64,000 nucleotides of DNA, taken from positions 102,767-166,766 of IMG/VR virus record IMGVR_UViG_3300037249_000709; one strand, written 5' to 3'. The notes below the pieces were generated by a model. The model saw only the letters and a program-made list of their open reading frames with translations. It did not search any database and was not told where the DNA came from. Both the position numbers and the translations under genes were made by a program. Shown piece after piece: positions 63,071-64,000 of this stretch. Position 1 is the stretch's first letter. Each line of letters begins with the position of its first letter. Source of the DNA: a virus. Lineage: Duplodnaviria > Caudoviricetes.

Positions 63071-63885
63071 TCCACATCAACTCCAATATATTCTAAAACT
63101 TCTCTCATATTTAATCCGCTTTTTCTCATACAATAATCCCACAATTTTGGGTGTGTCTGTTTTAACCTCTGAAAACGGTTTGGTGCTTTCTCTAAATGAC
63201 AGCCAAAGCCACAATATACGCAACCGCTGCGTTGCAATCCAGATAGCCTTAATTTGCCATTATCTTCAATTATTTGCCCATAAATGCTTGCATATTCGAG
63301 GTTGTTATCTTTTATGTATTGCAAAACATCTTGTTCAGTCCAAAAAGACATAGGAGCTGATTTTGCACTTCTTTTATCATACATATTGCAACCGTGTTGA
63401 TACCAAACCAATTCTCTCATTCTACTTTCACACGCCATAGTACCAACTATTGGAACTCTGCCTGTTTCTTTTCCATACTTCTTCATTGGCTTCTTTTTCA
63501 TAATGTCGCAGCATTTTTCCGAAATGTCAAATGGGGCTTCTATCAAATATTGCCACTTCTTCGCAAGCATACCATATCTGCCACGCTCATCTCCATTAAG
63601 CAAATAATTTCTATACCTATCGCTTAATTTACTATGCCTTAATTTGCGGATTTTAGCGGCTTCTTGTTTGCTTATCAATGGATAACCATATTTTTCTATA
63701 ACCTGTTTAAAACCCATTTCTGGTCGTAAGATTATTACATTGTCCTGCTTCTTGACAAACTCTTTTATTTCCGGAAACTCTAATCCAGTATCTGTAAAAA
63801 CAGCAGGCGCATTGGGAAGCACACTTCTTACTAAATGTAAAAGCACCGTACTATCCTTCCCACCACTAAATGATACATAGATTTT
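63067..63885 (-). CDS. PAPS reductase family protein (N-terminus missing in this orientation)
   Basis: SFSGGKDS PP-loop, DTGLEFPE, CC..MKK.P and RSGCVYC motifs. There is no RBS at the TTG start given by the ORF track. Confidence 0.85.
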   Translation of the reverse strand, partial: KIYVSFSGGKDSTVLLHLVRSVLPNAPAVFTDTGLEFPEIKEFVKKQDNVIILRPEMGFKQVIEKYGYPLISKQEAAKIRKLRHSKLSDRYRNYLLNGDERGRYGMLAKKWQYLIEAPFDISEKCCDIMKKKPMKKYGKETGRVPIVGTMACESRMRELVWYQHGCNMYDKRSAKSAPMSFWTEQDVLQYIKDNNLEYASIYGQIIEDNGKLRLSGLQRSGCVYCGFGCHLEKAPNRFQRLKQTHPKLWDYCMRKSGLNMREVLEYIGVDVD

Positions 63886-63904
63886 ATAGACAAAAGGAGC
63901 ATAA

Positions 63905-64000
63905 ATGGAAGAATTGACAGATAAATCAAACAATAAATATACAAATAAAGACCTAAAAGAAATGCAATCGTGGGATTTATCCCGTAAAATTCAAGTTTCT
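63905..64000 (+). CDS. Partial ORF resembling the N-terminus of phage PAPS-reductase proteins, on the opposite strand
   Basis: AAAGGAG RBS, then MEELTDKSNNKYTNKDLKEMQSWDLSRKIQVS, open to the window end. Confidence 0.6.
   Translation, partial: MEELTDKSNNKYTNKDLKEMQSWDLSRKIQVS

Noticed and set aside
1-64000. tRNA or rRNA genes
   Set aside because: No cloverleaf or rRNA signature was recognised in the intergenic spaces by eye; tRNAscan was not run.

Overview
AT-rich 64 kb segment of a large temperate tailed phage of a Firmicutes host. A dockerin domain suggests a cellulosome-type Ruminococcaceae host (inference). The + strand half (1-32.4 kb) is the late region. It holds a tape measure gene split by two group I introns, distal tail and tail-tip genes, a lysis cassette, and a complete diversity-generating retroelement (2670-aa target with VR, double-length Avd-like gene, TR, RT). 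An attP-like region and a tyrosine integrase/excisionase pair sit at 32.5-34.4 kb. The - strand half is the early/replication region: dUTPase, many small ORFs, ParB-like protein, methyltransferase, NrdDG, guanylate kinase, ThyX, DnaE, nuclease, primase, DnaB, SSB, Sak-like recombinase, cysteine desulfurase and a PAPS-reductase-family gene. An antisense group II intron is inserted in one gene. Most unusual observations: (i) a group I intron with no homing endonuclease that carries three cargo ORFs, one antisense with its own promoter, inside the essential tape measure gene; (ii) a dockerin at the tape measure C-terminus; (iii) the 5' end of the PAPS-reductase gene apparently lying on the opposite strand (possible intragenic inversion) next to a cysteine desulfurase; (iv) a tandem double Avd and NrdR-box-like sites ahead of the DGR target. 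All calls come from manual reading; no database searches were run.
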